Assembly (NCBI RefSeq): GCF_006345805.1
Contig: NW_021833438.1
Location: forward strand, 1-64,000
From: Octopus sinensis
Taxonomy: Eukaryota
Direction: 5' to 3'
Length of the DNA: 64,000 nucleotides
Shown here: positions 37,100 to 51,059 of the stretch, piece after piece
Layout: each line of letters opens with the position of its first letter
Position numbering within the stretch: the first letter of the stretch is position 1
Program-made: the position numbers and the translations under genes
Notes under the pieces: generated by a model
Told to the model about the DNA's origin: nothing
The model's input: only the letters and a program-made list of their open reading frames with translations
Database searches by the model: none

Positions 37100-37910
37100 A
37101 TAATTGCTCAGCTGGTACTTATTTTATCAACCTAGAAAAGATAAAAAGGAAAAGTCGACCTCGGCAAAATTTGAACTCAGAACATAAAGCCTGAAGAAAC
37201 ACCGCTAAACATTTTGTCAGGTGTGCTACCAATTCTGCCAGCTTGCCACCTTTTTTTTCTTTTTTCTTTACTGCCCACAAGGGGCTACATAACAGAAGGG
37301 ACAAACAAGGACAGACAAACGGATTAAGTCGATTATATCGTCCCCAGTGCGTAATTGGTACTTAATTTATCGACCCCGAAAGGATGAAAGGCAAAGTTGA
37401 CCTCGGCGGAATTTGAACTCAGAACGTAACGTCAGGCGAAATACCTATTTCTTTATTACCCACAAGGGGCTAAACACAGAGGGGACAAACAAGGACAGAC
37501 AAATGGATTAAGTCGATTATATCGTCCCCAGTGCGTAACTGGTACTTATTTAATCGACCCCGAAAGGATGAAAGGAAAAGTTGACCTCAGCGGAATTTGA
37601 ACTCAGAACGTAACGGCAGACGAAATACCACTAAGCATTTCGCACGGCATGCTAACATTTCTGCCAGCTTGCCACCTTTAACGGTTTCAAATTTAGGGAA
37701 CAAGGCCAGCAGTTGTAGGGATGGGTGGAAATCGATTAGATCAAACCTAGAATTCACCTTTTTTTTTTTAAACAATTTTTATCAACCATGAAAGGATAAA
37801 AGACAAAGTCTACCTCGACAGAATTTGAACTCAGAACATAAAAAGAATCGAAAGAATTACCATGATGTACTTTTTCCCAATTGATCTAACAAGTCTACCA
37901 GCTCACCTGC
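37100..37910 (-). mobile_element. Cluster of family B SINEs including a dimer (37265-37677)
   Basis: Repeated gtcgacctcggcggaatttgaactcagaac; junction gaaataccta at ~37440. Confidence 0.85.
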
Positions 37911-38204
37911 TTCGTGAGTGTAAGTCTTGTAAAATATATTTTTTATTGGACTTAAAAGTCATGGACTAAACGTGTGTATGTGTGCACAGTATTTGCATTT
38001 GTGTGTTTGTGTGTGTGTGTATGTGTGTGTAGCAGTGGTACATCCAAGTGTATGTGAGCATTACAGAATTATTGGTTTTATTTGACAAATTGTGAATGGT
38101 TCGAGGCTTAATCAGAAGAGAGGAGTTATAAATCTTGTTACAGAGTTTTCTGGTTGTAGTTTGGGTGTGCTGTGGTTATTTATATGTGATGGGCTTGCCA
38201 TAAG

Positions 38205-39010
38205 AGATTATCATCATCACCATCATCATTATCATCATCATCATCATCGTCGTCATCATCACTGCCAGCAGCAGCTGCAGCAGTAGCGCTTCCATCAGCT
38301 TCTTTACTACTTCCATAATCATAGCCGTCATCGTTGTTGTCGTTGACATACATCATCATCATCATCATCATCACCGCCGTTGCCACCACCACCACCACGA
38401 TCTCTTCTCCTCCTCCTCCTCATCATCATTGTCATCATCACCGCTGCTACCATCACCACCACCACCACCACCTCGATCCCTACTTCTCCTCCTCATCATC
38501 ATCATTATCATCATCACCACCACCATTACCACCACCACCACCACAATCCCTCCTCCACTTCCTCCTCCCCCTCCTCCTCCTCCTCATATTCATTGTCATC
38601 ATCACCGCTGCCATCACCACCACCACCATCACTGCTGCCGCCACCATCACCACCACCACTGCCACAATCCCTTCTTCTCCTCCTACTCCTCCTCCTCATC
38701 AATTATCATCATCACCGCTGCTGCCACCACCACCACCACGATCCCTTCACCTTCCTCCTCCTCCTACTCCTCATCATCATCAATTATCACCATCACTGCC
38801 GCCACCACCACCACCACAGTCCTTTCTCCTTCTCTTCCTCTTCCTCATCATCATCATGATCACGACAAAGACGACTATGACGATGTCGTCATCCTCATTA
38901 TCTTCAACGTTATCGCTACCATTATCATTACCATCATTACCACCATCATCATCAATCATCATTCTCCATCATCATCATAATGGTAATTAATCATCATTAT
39001 TATCATCATA
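38205..39010. repeat. Trinucleotide mosaic (CAT/CAC/CCT)
   Basis: Seen directly; gives His/Pro/Ser/Thr-run ORFs with no complex sequence. Confidence 0.9.
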
Positions 39011-39039
39011 GTTATCTTACTGAACACTTGGTTTCCTTA

Positions 39040-40172
39040 GAAGGACAATGCAAGGGAAGGAAAAAGCAAGGAAAGGACAATGCAAAGGAAGGACAATGCT
39101 ATGGAAGGACAAAGCAAGGGAAGGACAGTGCAAGGAAAAGACAGTGCAAAAGAATTGCAATACAAGGGAAGGACAATGCAAGGGAAGGACAATGCAATGG
39201 ATGGACAATGCAAGGGAAGGACAATACAAGAGAAGGACAATGCAAGGAAAGGACAATGCAAGGGAAGGACAATGCAAAAGAATTGCAATACAAGGGAAGG
39301 ACAATGCAAGGGAAGGACAATGCAAAAGAAGGACAATGCAAGTGAAGGATAATGCAAGGGAAGGTCAATGGAAGGGAAGGACAATGCAAAAGAATTGCAA
39401 TACAAGGGAAGGACAATGCAAGGAAAGGAAAATGCAAGGGAAGGACAACGCAAGGGAAGAACAATGCAAGGAAAGGACAATGCAAGGAAAGGAAAATGCA
39501 AGGGAAGGACAATGCAATGGATGGACAATGCAAGGGAAGGACAATACAAGAGAAGGACAATGCAAGTGAAGGATAATGTAAGGGAAGGTCAATAGAAGGG
39601 AAGCACAATGCAAAAGAATTGCAATACAAGGGAAGGACAATGCAAATAAGGATAATGAAAGGGAAGGAGAATGCAAGGAAAGGACAATGCAAGGAAAGGA
39701 CAATGCAAGGAAAGGAAAATGCAAGGGAAGGACAATGCAATGGATGGACAATGCAAGGGAAGGACAATACAAGAGAAGGACAATGCAAGTGAAGGATAAT
39801 GTAAGGGAAGGTCAATAGAAGGGAAGCACAATGCAAAAGAATTGCAATACAAGGGAAGGACAATACAAGAGAAGGACAATGCAAGTGAAGGATAATGCAA
39901 GGGAAGGACAATGCAAGGAAAGGACAATGCAAGGAAAGGACAATGCAAGGGAAGGACAATGCAAGGGAAGGACAATGCAAGGGAAGGTCAATGGAAGGGA
40001 AGGGTAATATGAGGGAAGGACAATGCAAGGGAAGGACAATACAAGAGAAGGAAAATGTGAGGGAAGGATAATGCAAGGGAAGGACAATACAAGGGACAGA
40101 GAATGCAGGGAAGGACAATGCAAGGAAAAGACAATACAAGGGAAGGAAAATGCAAAGAGAAGACAATGCATG
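39040..40172. repeat. 16-bp minisatellite (aagggaaggacaatgc), ~70 units
   Basis: Seen directly; variant units aaaagaattgcaatac and aatggatggacaatgc recur. Confidence 0.95.
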
Positions 40173-40676
40173 GGAAGAACGGAGATCTCAGACTGAAGCC
40201 CAAATGCTTACAACAGACTTATCCTTGAATGCTTTTAGATTCAAGGATATAGGTTGTATTGTTACACAAGACAATGGAACAAGCACACGAAACAATTAAG
40301 CCAAAGCTGAGTTTGTACTCAGAACGCAAAGAGCTGGAACAAATGACACAAAGCATCCTGCCAAATTCTCTAACGATTCTGCCAATCTACCGTGTTAGAA
40401 TGGGCCTTTATTTTGCAACTCCAGAAGGTAAAAAGGGATGTAAGATGTCTGAATAAACAGTATAAAAACTTAGTCATTTGCTGTTCTAAGAATTTTTTTT
40501 TTATTTGCCAGTATGTAGATAAATATTCACATATATGCAAATATCCACACATGCAAATATCTATACACTCAGACATTTAACCATACACAGAGACATACAT
40601 ATATAAATATGCATGTACGTACGTCGAGTATGGCACAGAAAGACAAAGAATGATAGAGATTATATTTCAACAATAT

Positions 40677-40715
<39 letters not shown>

Positions 40716-42345
40716 GTGTGTCCCAAAAGTCACTGATGGGTTTTAATATTTAATAACTTCCTTCAATTTATAAATAAATGCATGAAATTTTGATACAATA
40801 TAAAGGACACAATGGAAATTAATACACACAAGTCAATTATATGTAATCTTTCCATACCTTTTTCCTTATTTAAAACCTTGTGCTGTTTAATGATTGAGCG
40901 GGCATGTCGCTCATGACATACATATATGCATGCACACATACATACATACCTGCATACATACATGCATACACATGCATATGCACGTGTGCACACATATACA
41001 AATATATAAACATACACTCACACACACATACACATATATATATATTCTTTCTAGAACGGTGACTCTTGAAGCAGATAAAGCTATAAATAAAGTGTGTAAA
41101 TATTGGGTTAAAACCCTTTTGGATAGAAAATGTCAAAGGCTGGTCCTAAGGGTTTGAACAAAATATTTACAGGCTATTTTTTTATAGCTTTCTCTGCTTC
41201 AAGATTCACCATTCCTAAAAGGAATTACTTCACGTTCTCGAAGTTTCTAAATTCTTATGATGTAAACATTATATGTGTGTGTGTATGTGTGTTGCTCTCT
41301 CTGAGATATATATGTATATATTTATATACACACACATACATATATGCATATATATATGTGTGTATATATATACACATATATATATGCATATATATATGTG
41401 TATATATATATATGTATATATATACACATACATATATGCAAATATATATATGTGTATATATATATATGTATATATTTATATGTATGTGTGTGTGTATATA
41501 TATATATATGTAGAAGGTTGAACAGGAACACAAGAGTTGATATATATATGGAAAAAAAAAGTCAAGGTAGAAAATGCTAAAATAATTTTATAAAAAACAT
41601 TTCAGTACCGGTTTCAGTCATTGAGACTTTTTCAAGAAAAGTTTTTTGAAAGAACATTTGCATAGTATTCAAATACAAGAGACATTTTTCTTGTTTCTGC
41701 CTGTTTCTGTCTCTCTTGTTTACTCTTGTGGGTTTGAGGTTGTTGTGAATTCTTGGCAGGGAAGAAAAAGAAGGAGAAGAAGAAGAAGTGGAAGTGAGGG
41801 GAGGAGAAGGAAGGGGAGAAGATGATGATGATGATGATGAAGAAGAAGAAGAAGATTAACATATAAAGACATCTAATCTTGGCTTTCCTGCTGATGATAG
41901 CTTCGCCTTGTAAATTATTTTATTTACTGAAGATAGCTTGAAACCATGGTACAGGAAATTGAGGGTAAATGTTTATATTTTTCATTCCCTTTCGAAATTA
42001 CTCCTAATAGTGGTCTGGAGTTTAGCTACTACTTCTAGCTAGTCAGATGTCCTCTTATGGCCATCTCTTATGTGTTTAAATGTACACTGTATTTATATAT
42101 GAATAATATATAGTCTATTGACTAGTTTTTTCTTCTTGCTAGACCACTGGTAGCAAAGAAATTTTCTAAATTTTTTTGCTACTCTGGAATTTCTTAAAAA
42201 AAATATATATATATATATATATATATATCTACACCCTTGGCCAAAACTATTAGGCCACCCCAATGTTTTGGAGCTCTGCTATTTCAATGTTAATGAAACT
42301 CATGCATGTGGTAGATTATGGTATATTTCACAATATACATTAGTT

Positions 42346-43882
42346 TTAATATCTGGCTGACCCTCCTTTAGCATCAATTACTGCTTTTATACGGTTAGGC
42401 ATTGAGTCAACTAGTTTCTTGCAGGTACTTGGTGCAATTTTACTCCATTCTTCTCTCAACTTTTGGTACAAATGCTCTTTATTTTTAATTGTTGTATTCC
42501 TGATAATTTCACCAAGAGTTCCCCATATGTGTTTGATCGGATTTAGATCAGGGCCTTTGAGCTGGCCAGTCGATGGGAACAACACCCAGTGTCTCAAACC
42601 ATTGATGAGTATTCTTTGTTGTATGACATGGAGCATTGTCCTGTTGAAAGATAACACTGTTTTTCGACACTCCTGGACGCTATTTAGCAATTGATGGCTC
42701 TAAAACATCTGGTAACATAGAAACATAGGTAACTGAATTCATCCTTCCCTGACATAAAAACATTTCTCTGGGTCTGGTTGCAAACATGCAGGCCCACACC
42801 ATGATAAAACTGCCCCCATGTTTTACAATTGGTACCAGACATTCAGCCTTAAATGCTTCCCCAACTCAGTGATGTACGAAAGTTGCACCAGATGTACCGA
42901 AAACCTGAGTAAAAACATAAAAAATTATATTAGCTTTATGTTGGATACTCTTTTATATATTTTGGGCAACAAGCCAGATACATTAAGTTTATATGTTGAT
43001 TGAATACATGTACTTTTTACCTCATAGTTACTTTCATCAGACCATGTGACTTTCGACCGTTGCTCACTTGTCCAATTTGAGTAGTTTTTGGTCCACTGAA
43101 GATGTTTTTTCATATTCGCTTCAGAAACCTATGGCTTCTTCCTGGCTTTATAGACTTTCAGACTATAATCTATAAGCCTTCTTCTAACAGTTCTGGTTGA
43201 TATTTGTGAAGTACTTGCCTTGTTGAAGTCTGCACTGAGCTCCGACGATATTTTTCTTCTGTTTCTGGAGTGGCTGTGTGGTAAGTAGCTTGTTTACCAA
43301 CCACATGGTTCCGGGTTCAGTCCCACTGCGTGGCACCTTGGGCAAGTGTCTTCTACTATAGCCTCAGGCTGACCAAAGCCTTGTGAGTGGATTTGGTAGA
43401 CAGAAACTGAAAGAAGCCCGTCGTATATATGTATATATATGCGTGTGTGTGTTTGTATGTCTGTGTTTGTCCCCCTAGCATTGCTTGACAACCAATGCTG
43501 GCGTGTTTATGTCCCCGTTACTTAGCGGTTCGGCAAAAGAGACCGATAGAATAAGTACTGGGCTTACAAAAGAATAAGTCCCGGTGTCGAGTTGCTCGAT
43601 TAAAGGTGGTGCTCCAGCATGGCCGCAGTCAAATGACTGAAACAAGTAAAAGAGTAACTGATGGATGATGGATCTGTCATCACAAGGTGATGTAGCCTTT
43701 TTTCTACCTCTTCTTTGTATTGTCTTCACATTTTCTGTCCCACTAGAATACTTGAGAGTCATTTATTCCGCACATCGAGAACATTTCATCTTCTGAGCTA
43801 TTTGCCTTTGAGACATTCCATCTTCATGATGAGCTATGATTTGACCTCACTCACACTCACTCAATTCCCTTGTTTTAGGCAT
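42346..43882 (-). pseudogene. Tc1 DDE transposase pseudogene
   Basis: MPKTRELSECE*GQIIAHHEDGMSQRQIA (HTH); STRTVRRRL; VTWSDES; PDLNPIKHIW..IKAVIDAKGGSARY*; stops, frameshifts and a SINE at 43268-43657. Confidence 0.9.
43268..43657 (+). mobile_element. SINE family A inserted in the Tc1 transposase
   Basis: gagtggctgtgtggtaagtagc...gactgaaacaagtaaaagagtaa. Confidence 0.92.
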
Positions 43883-44169
43883 TTTACTGTTTATTAACTG
43901 TATCTACAATGTATTTTAGCATAAAACTCTGAAATAATCAAGGAAATATAAGTTAATTTTGGACGTTGGTCTTACTCATAATTGGTTACATATGTCCAGT
44001 ACAGTATAAAAGCGGTAATTGATGCTAAAGGAGGGTCAACCAGATATTAAAACTAATGTATATTGTGAAATATACCATAAACCACCATGTGCATGAGTTT
44101 CATTAACATTGAGATAGCAGAATCCCAAAACATTGGGGTAGCCTAATACTTTTAGCCAAGGCTGTGTGT

Positions 44170-44679
44170 GTGTGATCATCTTTGCAACTATAATTTGCAG
44201 AACTATACACGAGACATCCGCATAAGATTTAACATGTATACAGTTCTACCAATTACAATTGGGATCACTTTTCAAAAGCCTTTGTTTTGGTGCACCAAAC
44301 TACTGGAAATATTTCTACAGAAAATAATTTTCTGCAGAATATAATTTTTTCTGAAACATCAGATTTTTAAATATGCTAGACCACTGCTAGACCAATTGAT
44401 ATTAATCAAATTAATATTTAATTTTTCACCCTTATTATCTAAAATTTAAATTTAAATAGCTATGTTCTCTAACTGACAAAATTCACTGCAGAGAATTATT
44501 TTCTTCAGAAATATTTCTGGTAGTTTGTCATGCCAAAACGAAGGCTTTTGAAAAGTGACCCCAATTGTAATTGGTAGAACTGTATACGTCTTGTGTAAAG
44601 TGTTGTATACGTCTTGTGTAAAGTCTTGCGGACGTCTTGTGTAAAGTTCTGCAAATTATAGGTGCTAAGATGATCACAC
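44170..44679. mobile_element. Fold-back/MITE with ~170-bp TIRs abutting the Tc1 end
   Basis: gtgtgatcatctttgcaactataatttgcagaac / gttctgcaaattataggtgctaagatgatcacac; internal 44337-44455 is repeated at ~44905-45012. Confidence 0.8.
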
Positions 44680-45271
44680 TAACGAGTTGCGGATAATTAC
44701 ATAAATGATTACGGAAGCATTAACAACAAAACCTGGTTTGTGGTTAATCTATATTTTGTATCTTTTCATTTGTCTTGCTTGCTTACGTTCTGGCGTTTGC
44801 TAAATTTTCTTGAGAACATTCCTTTCTTAGTGGTAAGACCATGGTGGATCTTCTTCTAGCATAATGTATGTCCACATACAGGTCATCCCTTTTATATGTA
44901 TATAATATAATTTTTTCTGAAACTTCAGATTTTTAAATATGCTAGGCCACTGGTTTTAAATTGATATTAATCAAATTAATATTCAATTTTTCACCCTTAT
45001 TATTTTAAATTTATATACACACACACACACACACAAAAAGATAAATTGATAGATACAACTGAGTGGGCAAACAAATATGACACACTGCCTAGTGCTATTT
45101 TTTTATTTTGATAAGCCTGGTACTTATTCTATCAATTTCTTGTAAAACCAGTAAGTTATGGGGATGTAAATAAAAGAACAGCAGTTGTGAAGCAGTGATG
45201 AGGGAGAAACACAGAGACAAAGACACACACATACACTTACATATATACATACATACATACATACATATATG

Positions 45272-45304
<33 letters not shown>

Positions 45305-45503
45305 CTGCACTAATGTACATATGTGTGTGTATATGTATGCGTGTATATATGTGTATATATATGTGTACATATTACATGTATATCGATCTATATATCTATC
45401 TATCTATCTATATACATGTATATATATACATCTATACATATACATGTATACATATACATCTATATATACATACATTTATATATATATACATTTTTGCAGA
45501 TGT

Positions 45504-45580
<77 letters not shown>

Positions 45581-46007
45581 ATATTAGTATGTATGCATAT
45601 ATACATCTTCAAAAATGTATATTTATGTATGCCTGTATATATGTGAGATAATAGTTTCAGTATTAAAGTGAAACTATTAAAGTGAAAGTACAATAGAGAT
45701 GTTTTTGTTTCACTTTTAATACGTAATACTGAAATAGTGGAGAAGATATGATATTCCTGTGGGCTCGCACTAGGCAAGAAGTTAAAAATTTATTTGGCCT
45801 ATGACACTACATGAACCCTAAGTAAGGCATATGTAAAATTTGAATGAAATTGGTTGTGTAGTTCTCAAGTTTTAGGGATTCACACAGACAGATACACAGA
45901 CAGACAGATAGATATTCTCATCTTTATATATATATATATTCATACATGCATATATATATATAAAGCATGATTTATTCGCGATCAGTTGTTAAAAAACCAA
46001 GCTACTA

Positions 46008-46065
<58 letters not shown>

Positions 46066-46159
46066 TTTTGTATGTATGTATGTATTTATGTATGTATGTT
46101 GTATGTATTTATGTATGTACGTATAAATATGTATACACACACACACATATATTTATATA

Positions 46160-46228
<69 letters not shown>

Positions 46229-46577
46229 TATACAGAGATAAACACATACGTATACATTGATGTATACGCATATTCGTTTCGATTAACAAGTAATAGATGT
46301 GCATATCACTTTATTGGACGAATGTGTGTGTGACTCATTACAGTTTATTTGTATATATATATCCTACATATATACATATGTTGCCTGTATGTATTTGCAC
46401 GGCTGTTGCAGTTTACAGTACGAGTTTTTCTTATTCCCGTGGGCAAACTTATAATTGTTATACGTCTTCTTCTACACAGGGATTCCATTTTTTTGTAAAC
46501 CCCACCACACTTTAAATGTGTCTTTGTTACATCTTCCACCCCCATCTGTCGTCCTGGTGGCAACTAAAAGAAATTAC

Positions 46578-46614
<37 letters not shown>

Positions 46615-46741
46615 TATGGGTTTTTCTTCTTCTTTCAAATTTGCTTCCATTTCTTGCCGAGTGTCTTCCCGACTCCTAGGCCAAAGAAACTCATAGTATA
46701 CATTGGTAGGCCATTAAACTAAACTCACTAGTTCTATTATA

Positions 46742-46817
<76 letters not shown>

Positions 46818-47089
46818 TATTATTATTAATTATTATTATTATTATTATTATTATTTATGGGTTTTCCTTCTTTTTTCAAATTTGCTTCCATATCTTGCCG
46901 AGTGTCTTCCCGACTCCTAGGGCAAAGAAATTCATAGTATACATTGGTAAGCCATTAAACTAAACTCACTAGTTCGTTCATTTTTTTTTTTTTGAATGAA
47001 ATAAAGTTAAATTAAAATACATGGGTAGTAATAGTTCTCACATCGACAATGCTCTTCTCAATACGTGTGATGTACCAGTTAAGACAATC

Positions 47090-47093
<4 letters not shown>
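46615..47093 (-). mobile_element. Tandem 3' ends of an R4/Dong-like LINE within (TAA)n
   Basis: 3' UTR copies 46615-46735 and 46855-46980 separated by (ATT)n; 47045-47093 rc encodes KKIVLTGTSHVLRRALS. Confidence 0.7.
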
Positions 47094-47122
<29 letters not shown>

Positions 47123-47123
<1 letters not shown>

Positions 47124-47875
47124 GGCAGTGAGCTGGCAAACATGCTGGGCAAAATGCTTAGCAGTATTTCGTCTGCCGCTACATTCTGAGTTCAAATTCC
47201 GCCGAGGTCGACTTTGCCTTTCATCCTTTCGGATTCGATAAATTAAGTACCAGTCACGCACTGGGGTCGATATAATCGACTTAATCCATTTGTCTGTCCT
47301 TGTTTGTCCTCTCTGTGTTTAGCCCCTTGTGGGTAGTAAACAAATAGGCATTTCGTCTGTCTTTATGTTCTGAGTTCAAATTCCGTCGAGGTCGACTTTG
47401 CCTTTCATCCTTTCGGGGTCGATCAAATAAGTACCAGTTATGCACTGGGGTCGATATAATCGACTTAATCCATTTGTCTGTCCTTGTTTGTCCTCTCTGT
47501 GTTTAGCCCTTTGTGGGTAATAAAGAAATAGGTATTTCATCTGCCATTACGCTCTGAGTTCAAATTCTGCCGAGATCGACTTTGCCTTTCATCCTTTCAG
47601 GGTCGATCAAATAAGTACCAGTTACGCACTGGGGTCGATATAATCGACTTAATCCATTTGTCTGTCATTGTTTGTCCTCTCTGTGTTTAGCCCCTTGTGA
47701 GTAGTAAAGAAATAGGTATTATGTCCGTCTTTATGTTCTAAGTTAAAATTCTGCCAAGACTGACTCTGCCTTTCATCCTTTTGAGGTTGATGAAATAAAT
47801 ACCATCTACAGTCTGGAGTCGATAAAATTGACAAAGCCAACTTAGCCAAAAATTCAGGCCATGCGCTGATAGTAG
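47123..47875 (+). mobile_element. SINE family B tetramer
   Basis: Head aggcagtgagctggcaaacatg; junctions at ~47345, ~47530 and ~47715 (aaatag|gtatt or gcatt). Confidence 0.88.
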
Positions 47876-47894
47876 AAAGGGTCGTTATTATTCA

Positions 47895-48235
47895 ACGTCA
47901 TCATTTAGTGTCCGCTTTCCATGCTAGCATGTGTTGGACGGTGCAACTGGGGTCTGGGAAGCCAAAAGGCTGCACCAGGCCCAGTCTGATCTGGCAATGT
48001 TTCTACGGCTGGATGCTCTTCCTAACGCCAACCACTCCATGAGTGTAGTGGGTGCTTTTTACGTGCCACCGGCACAGGTGCCAGGCGAGGCTGGCAACGG
48101 CCACGATTGGGTGGTGATTTTTACGTGCCACCAGCATGGAAGCCAGTTGGGGTGGCGCTGGCAATGGCCACTTTTGGATGATTCTCTTATGTGCCACTAC
48201 TGGCACTGGTATCCCAGCTCCAGTGGCACATAAGA
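47895..48235 (-). mobile_element. Family C element
   Basis: gtccgctttccatgctagcatg..ggatgctcttcctaacgccaaccac..gtgccaccggcacaggtgccagg. Confidence 0.85.
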
Positions 48236-48237
48236 GG

Positions 48238-48420
48238 CGAGTTTCAATTCTGATTTCTTTTAGTCTTTTGGGTAGCATTTTGGGTGTTGTACTAAGTGCA
48301 CCAATTACTACAGGAATAATTGTTGTCCTGGTCTTTCATAGACTCCTCAGTTCCTGATATTTCTCAACTTTTCAATTTCTCTAGTATCGGCTACACTATC
48401 ACAGGAGATTGCAATATCCA
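48238..48420 (-). pseudogene. R4/Dong-like RLE C-terminal fragment
   Basis: rc EKVEKYQELRSL*KTRTTIIPVVIGALSTTPKMLPKRLKEIRIETR. Confidence 0.7.
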
Positions 48421-48423
48421 CGA

Positions 48424-48501
<78 letters not shown>

Positions 48502-48892
48502 TATTATATTATTATTATTATTATATTATTATTATTATATATTATTATTATTATTATTATATTATTATATTATTATTATGATTATTATTATTATGATTAT
48601 TATTATTATTATTAAAATATTATTATTATTATTATTATTATTATTAAGGCGGCAAGATGGCAGAATCGTTAGCATGACGGGTGAAATGCTTGGCGTTATT
48701 TTGTCTGACACTACATCCTGAGTTCAAATTCCACCGAGGTAAACTCTGCCTTTCCTCCTTTCGGAATCGATAAATTAAGTACCAGTTGAATACTGGGTAG
48801 ATGTGATCAACTTCCCCCTCCCCACAAAATCCAGTCCTTGGGTCGATAATAGAAAGGATTATTATCATCATCGTCGTCATTGTTGTTGTTGT

Positions 48893-49229
48893 TATTGAGT
48901 GAGAGAGCGTAGTGCAGGCTCAAAAGGTCCCTGAATAAAAGTTGTTTAAGGATGTTGAGTGAAACACCCATGTTTCGTAAAGTGAATTATCCAAACCCCA
49001 AAAATTCCTCTTAACACATGCTCTTGATCAGAGATGCACATATTGTCAACCACTAAGGGACATGCTCAGCTGGTTAAGGTCAAACAACTGGCAAGCAAAT
49101 CTGTGGTATTGAGCAGAATAATTGCTGTAGCCCATCTTTTATACAAAGACAAAACAATGTACATGAAAACATTTCCAATCAGTTAAGATCAGAAACCATG
49201 AGAGCCAAAGCCTGGTATTGCATCAGGGC

Positions 49230-49232
<3 letters not shown>
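48893..49232 (-). mobile_element. Internally deleted copy of the 15003-15565 element
   Basis: Both termini retained; (AAT/AAC)n flanks. Confidence 0.75.
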
Positions 49233-49239
<7 letters not shown>

Positions 49240-49264
<25 letters not shown>

Positions 49265-49720
49265 TTTCAATTGTATTTCCATTTTTTGCCAAGTGTCTTC
49301 CCGACACCTAGGGCACAGAAGCTCGCTCTTACATTGGTAAGCCATTAAAACAAACCCACCAGATTGTTAATTTATAAAGTCAAGGTATGTGATTGAAAAA
49401 AAATAGAAAAAATAAGAAAGAAAAAGGAAAATATAAATAGAAAAAAATGAAAAATATTAAAAAATGAAGAAAAAGAAAACAAAGAAAAATGTGTAGGAAG
49501 GAAATAAAATTTACAGGGACAATGCTCTTCTCAGTATGTGTGTTGTACCAGTTAAAGCAATCTTTTGCCCTTCTTACATGGATGGTAAACCAAGGGTCAT
49601 TCTCAAATAATTTTCAGTTCCTTTTTTAATCATTCCAAGTGCTCCTACAATCAATGGCAGTAATTTCATAGTATCTGTAGAATTTATATAAACAGATGAG
49701 TAATAGAAAATAGGTTAAAC
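49240..49720 (-). mobile_element. R4/Dong-like LINE 3' end with (TAA)n tail
   Basis: rc KGTENYLRMTLGLPSM*EGQKIALTGTTHILRRALSL*; UTR homologous to 46855-46980. Confidence 0.7.
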
Positions 49721-49857
49721 ATCATTATGTAATATTACTCTTCAGTGGTGTCTATATATTGTTAAACCCATTGTACATTGGAGAGATCTTATACTTAACA
49801 TGTTTATTTACTGTCATCCATCAAAGTTATAAGATGTGATTATAAATGTTGATTATA

Positions 49858-50287
49858 GCTTTTGTACTCTAGGCACAAGGCCTGAAATTTTGGGGGAGGG
49901 GGCCAGTTGATTTGATTGACACCAATATGCAACTGGTACTTAATTTATTGACCATGAAAGGATGAAAGTCAAAGTCAATCATGGTGGAATTTGAACTCAG
50001 AACATAATGGCAGATGAAATACCGCTAAGTATTTCGCCTGGCGTGCTAACGTTTCTCATTTCTTTATTGCCCACAAGGGGCTAAACATAGAGTGGACAAA
50101 CAATGACAGACAAAGGGATTAAGTCAATTGCATCGACCCCAGTGCGTAACTGGTACTTAATTTATCAACCCTGAAAGGATGAAAGGGAAAGTCGATCTCG
50201 GTGGAATTTGAATTCAGAACATCAAAACAGATGAAATACCGCTAAGCATTTTGCCTGGCATGCTAACGTTTCTGCCAGCTCGCCGCC
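49858..50287 (-). mobile_element. SINE family B dimer under one TSD
   Basis: TSD ttataaatgttgattata at 49840-49857 and 50288-50305; junction rc aagaaatgag|aaacgttagcacgcc. Confidence 0.88.
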
Positions 50288-50404
50288 TTATAAATGTTGA
50301 TTATATCTCACCAATGTATAACAGGTTTAACGATGTGCAATAACAATTCAAGTAATTTTAAATAATGACATTCAATCTATTCTCAACTGTTCATCTCTGT
50401 ATGT

Positions 50405-50750
50405 ATGTATGTCATGATTCAGTTTATTTCAAGATTTTTTGCCAATAGAGAAAGAACCGGTTTCTAACCTAGATCTAGGAGTCCTTCATTGGAATTTCAA
50501 CATCAACAATAGGATATTTTTGTTTCTATGTATGTATGTGCAGATTTGTATGTTTTATGTATGTATTCTCATGCATATAGTTGCATATCTAGACATGCTC
50601 ATATATATTTAAATGATAAGCTTCTGAAAAGTTTTACAGATCATTACATTCTCAGTGATGGATTGGATCTGTAGTCTTCGAATTAGCTTTCTCCTTTCTG
50701 GTTTTGAGAAGCTTAATTTCTCAAGATTGGTATTTAGGCAGTGTGTTACT
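50405..50750 (-). mobile_element. 3' end of the (TACA)n-associated R4-like LINE plus adjacent ~110-bp module
   Basis: Homologous to 61700-62100. Confidence 0.75.
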
Positions 50751-51059
50751 CATTCATCCATACATATACATATGTAGACATACATACATACATATATACG
50801 TATATACATACATACACACAGACAGACAGTCAGACAATTACATACATTTTTGAAACTACAACACTGTCCAATGGCCATGATATATCTTAGGCGTTAATTA
50901 CGTTTATTGCACAATAAAGTTTGGTAATGTAGTGTGTTTAGAGGGGTCTTCTTTCTTTAAGGAATATTACTGTTAATGAAATACATGTAACGTGACTTAA
51001 TTAAATGATCTGTAAATCGAAATCTCCTGCTTTGTGTGTGTGTGTGTGTGTGCATATAT

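Larger units (their letters stand above)
42232..44164 (-). mobile_element. Tc1-family transposon with ~160-bp TIRs, interrupted by a SINE
   Basis: TIR cacccttggccaaaactattagg.. / ..cctaatacttttagccaaggctg; TA at the left end. Confidence 0.9.

Noticed and set aside
38334-38990. His/Pro-rich ORFs
   Set aside because: Trinucleotide low-complexity sequence, open in several frames, with no splice or complex-sequence support
39017-40203. Long Cys/Leu/Pro or Gly/Lys/Gln ORFs
   Set aside because: Read-through of a 16-bp minisatellite that lacks stop codons
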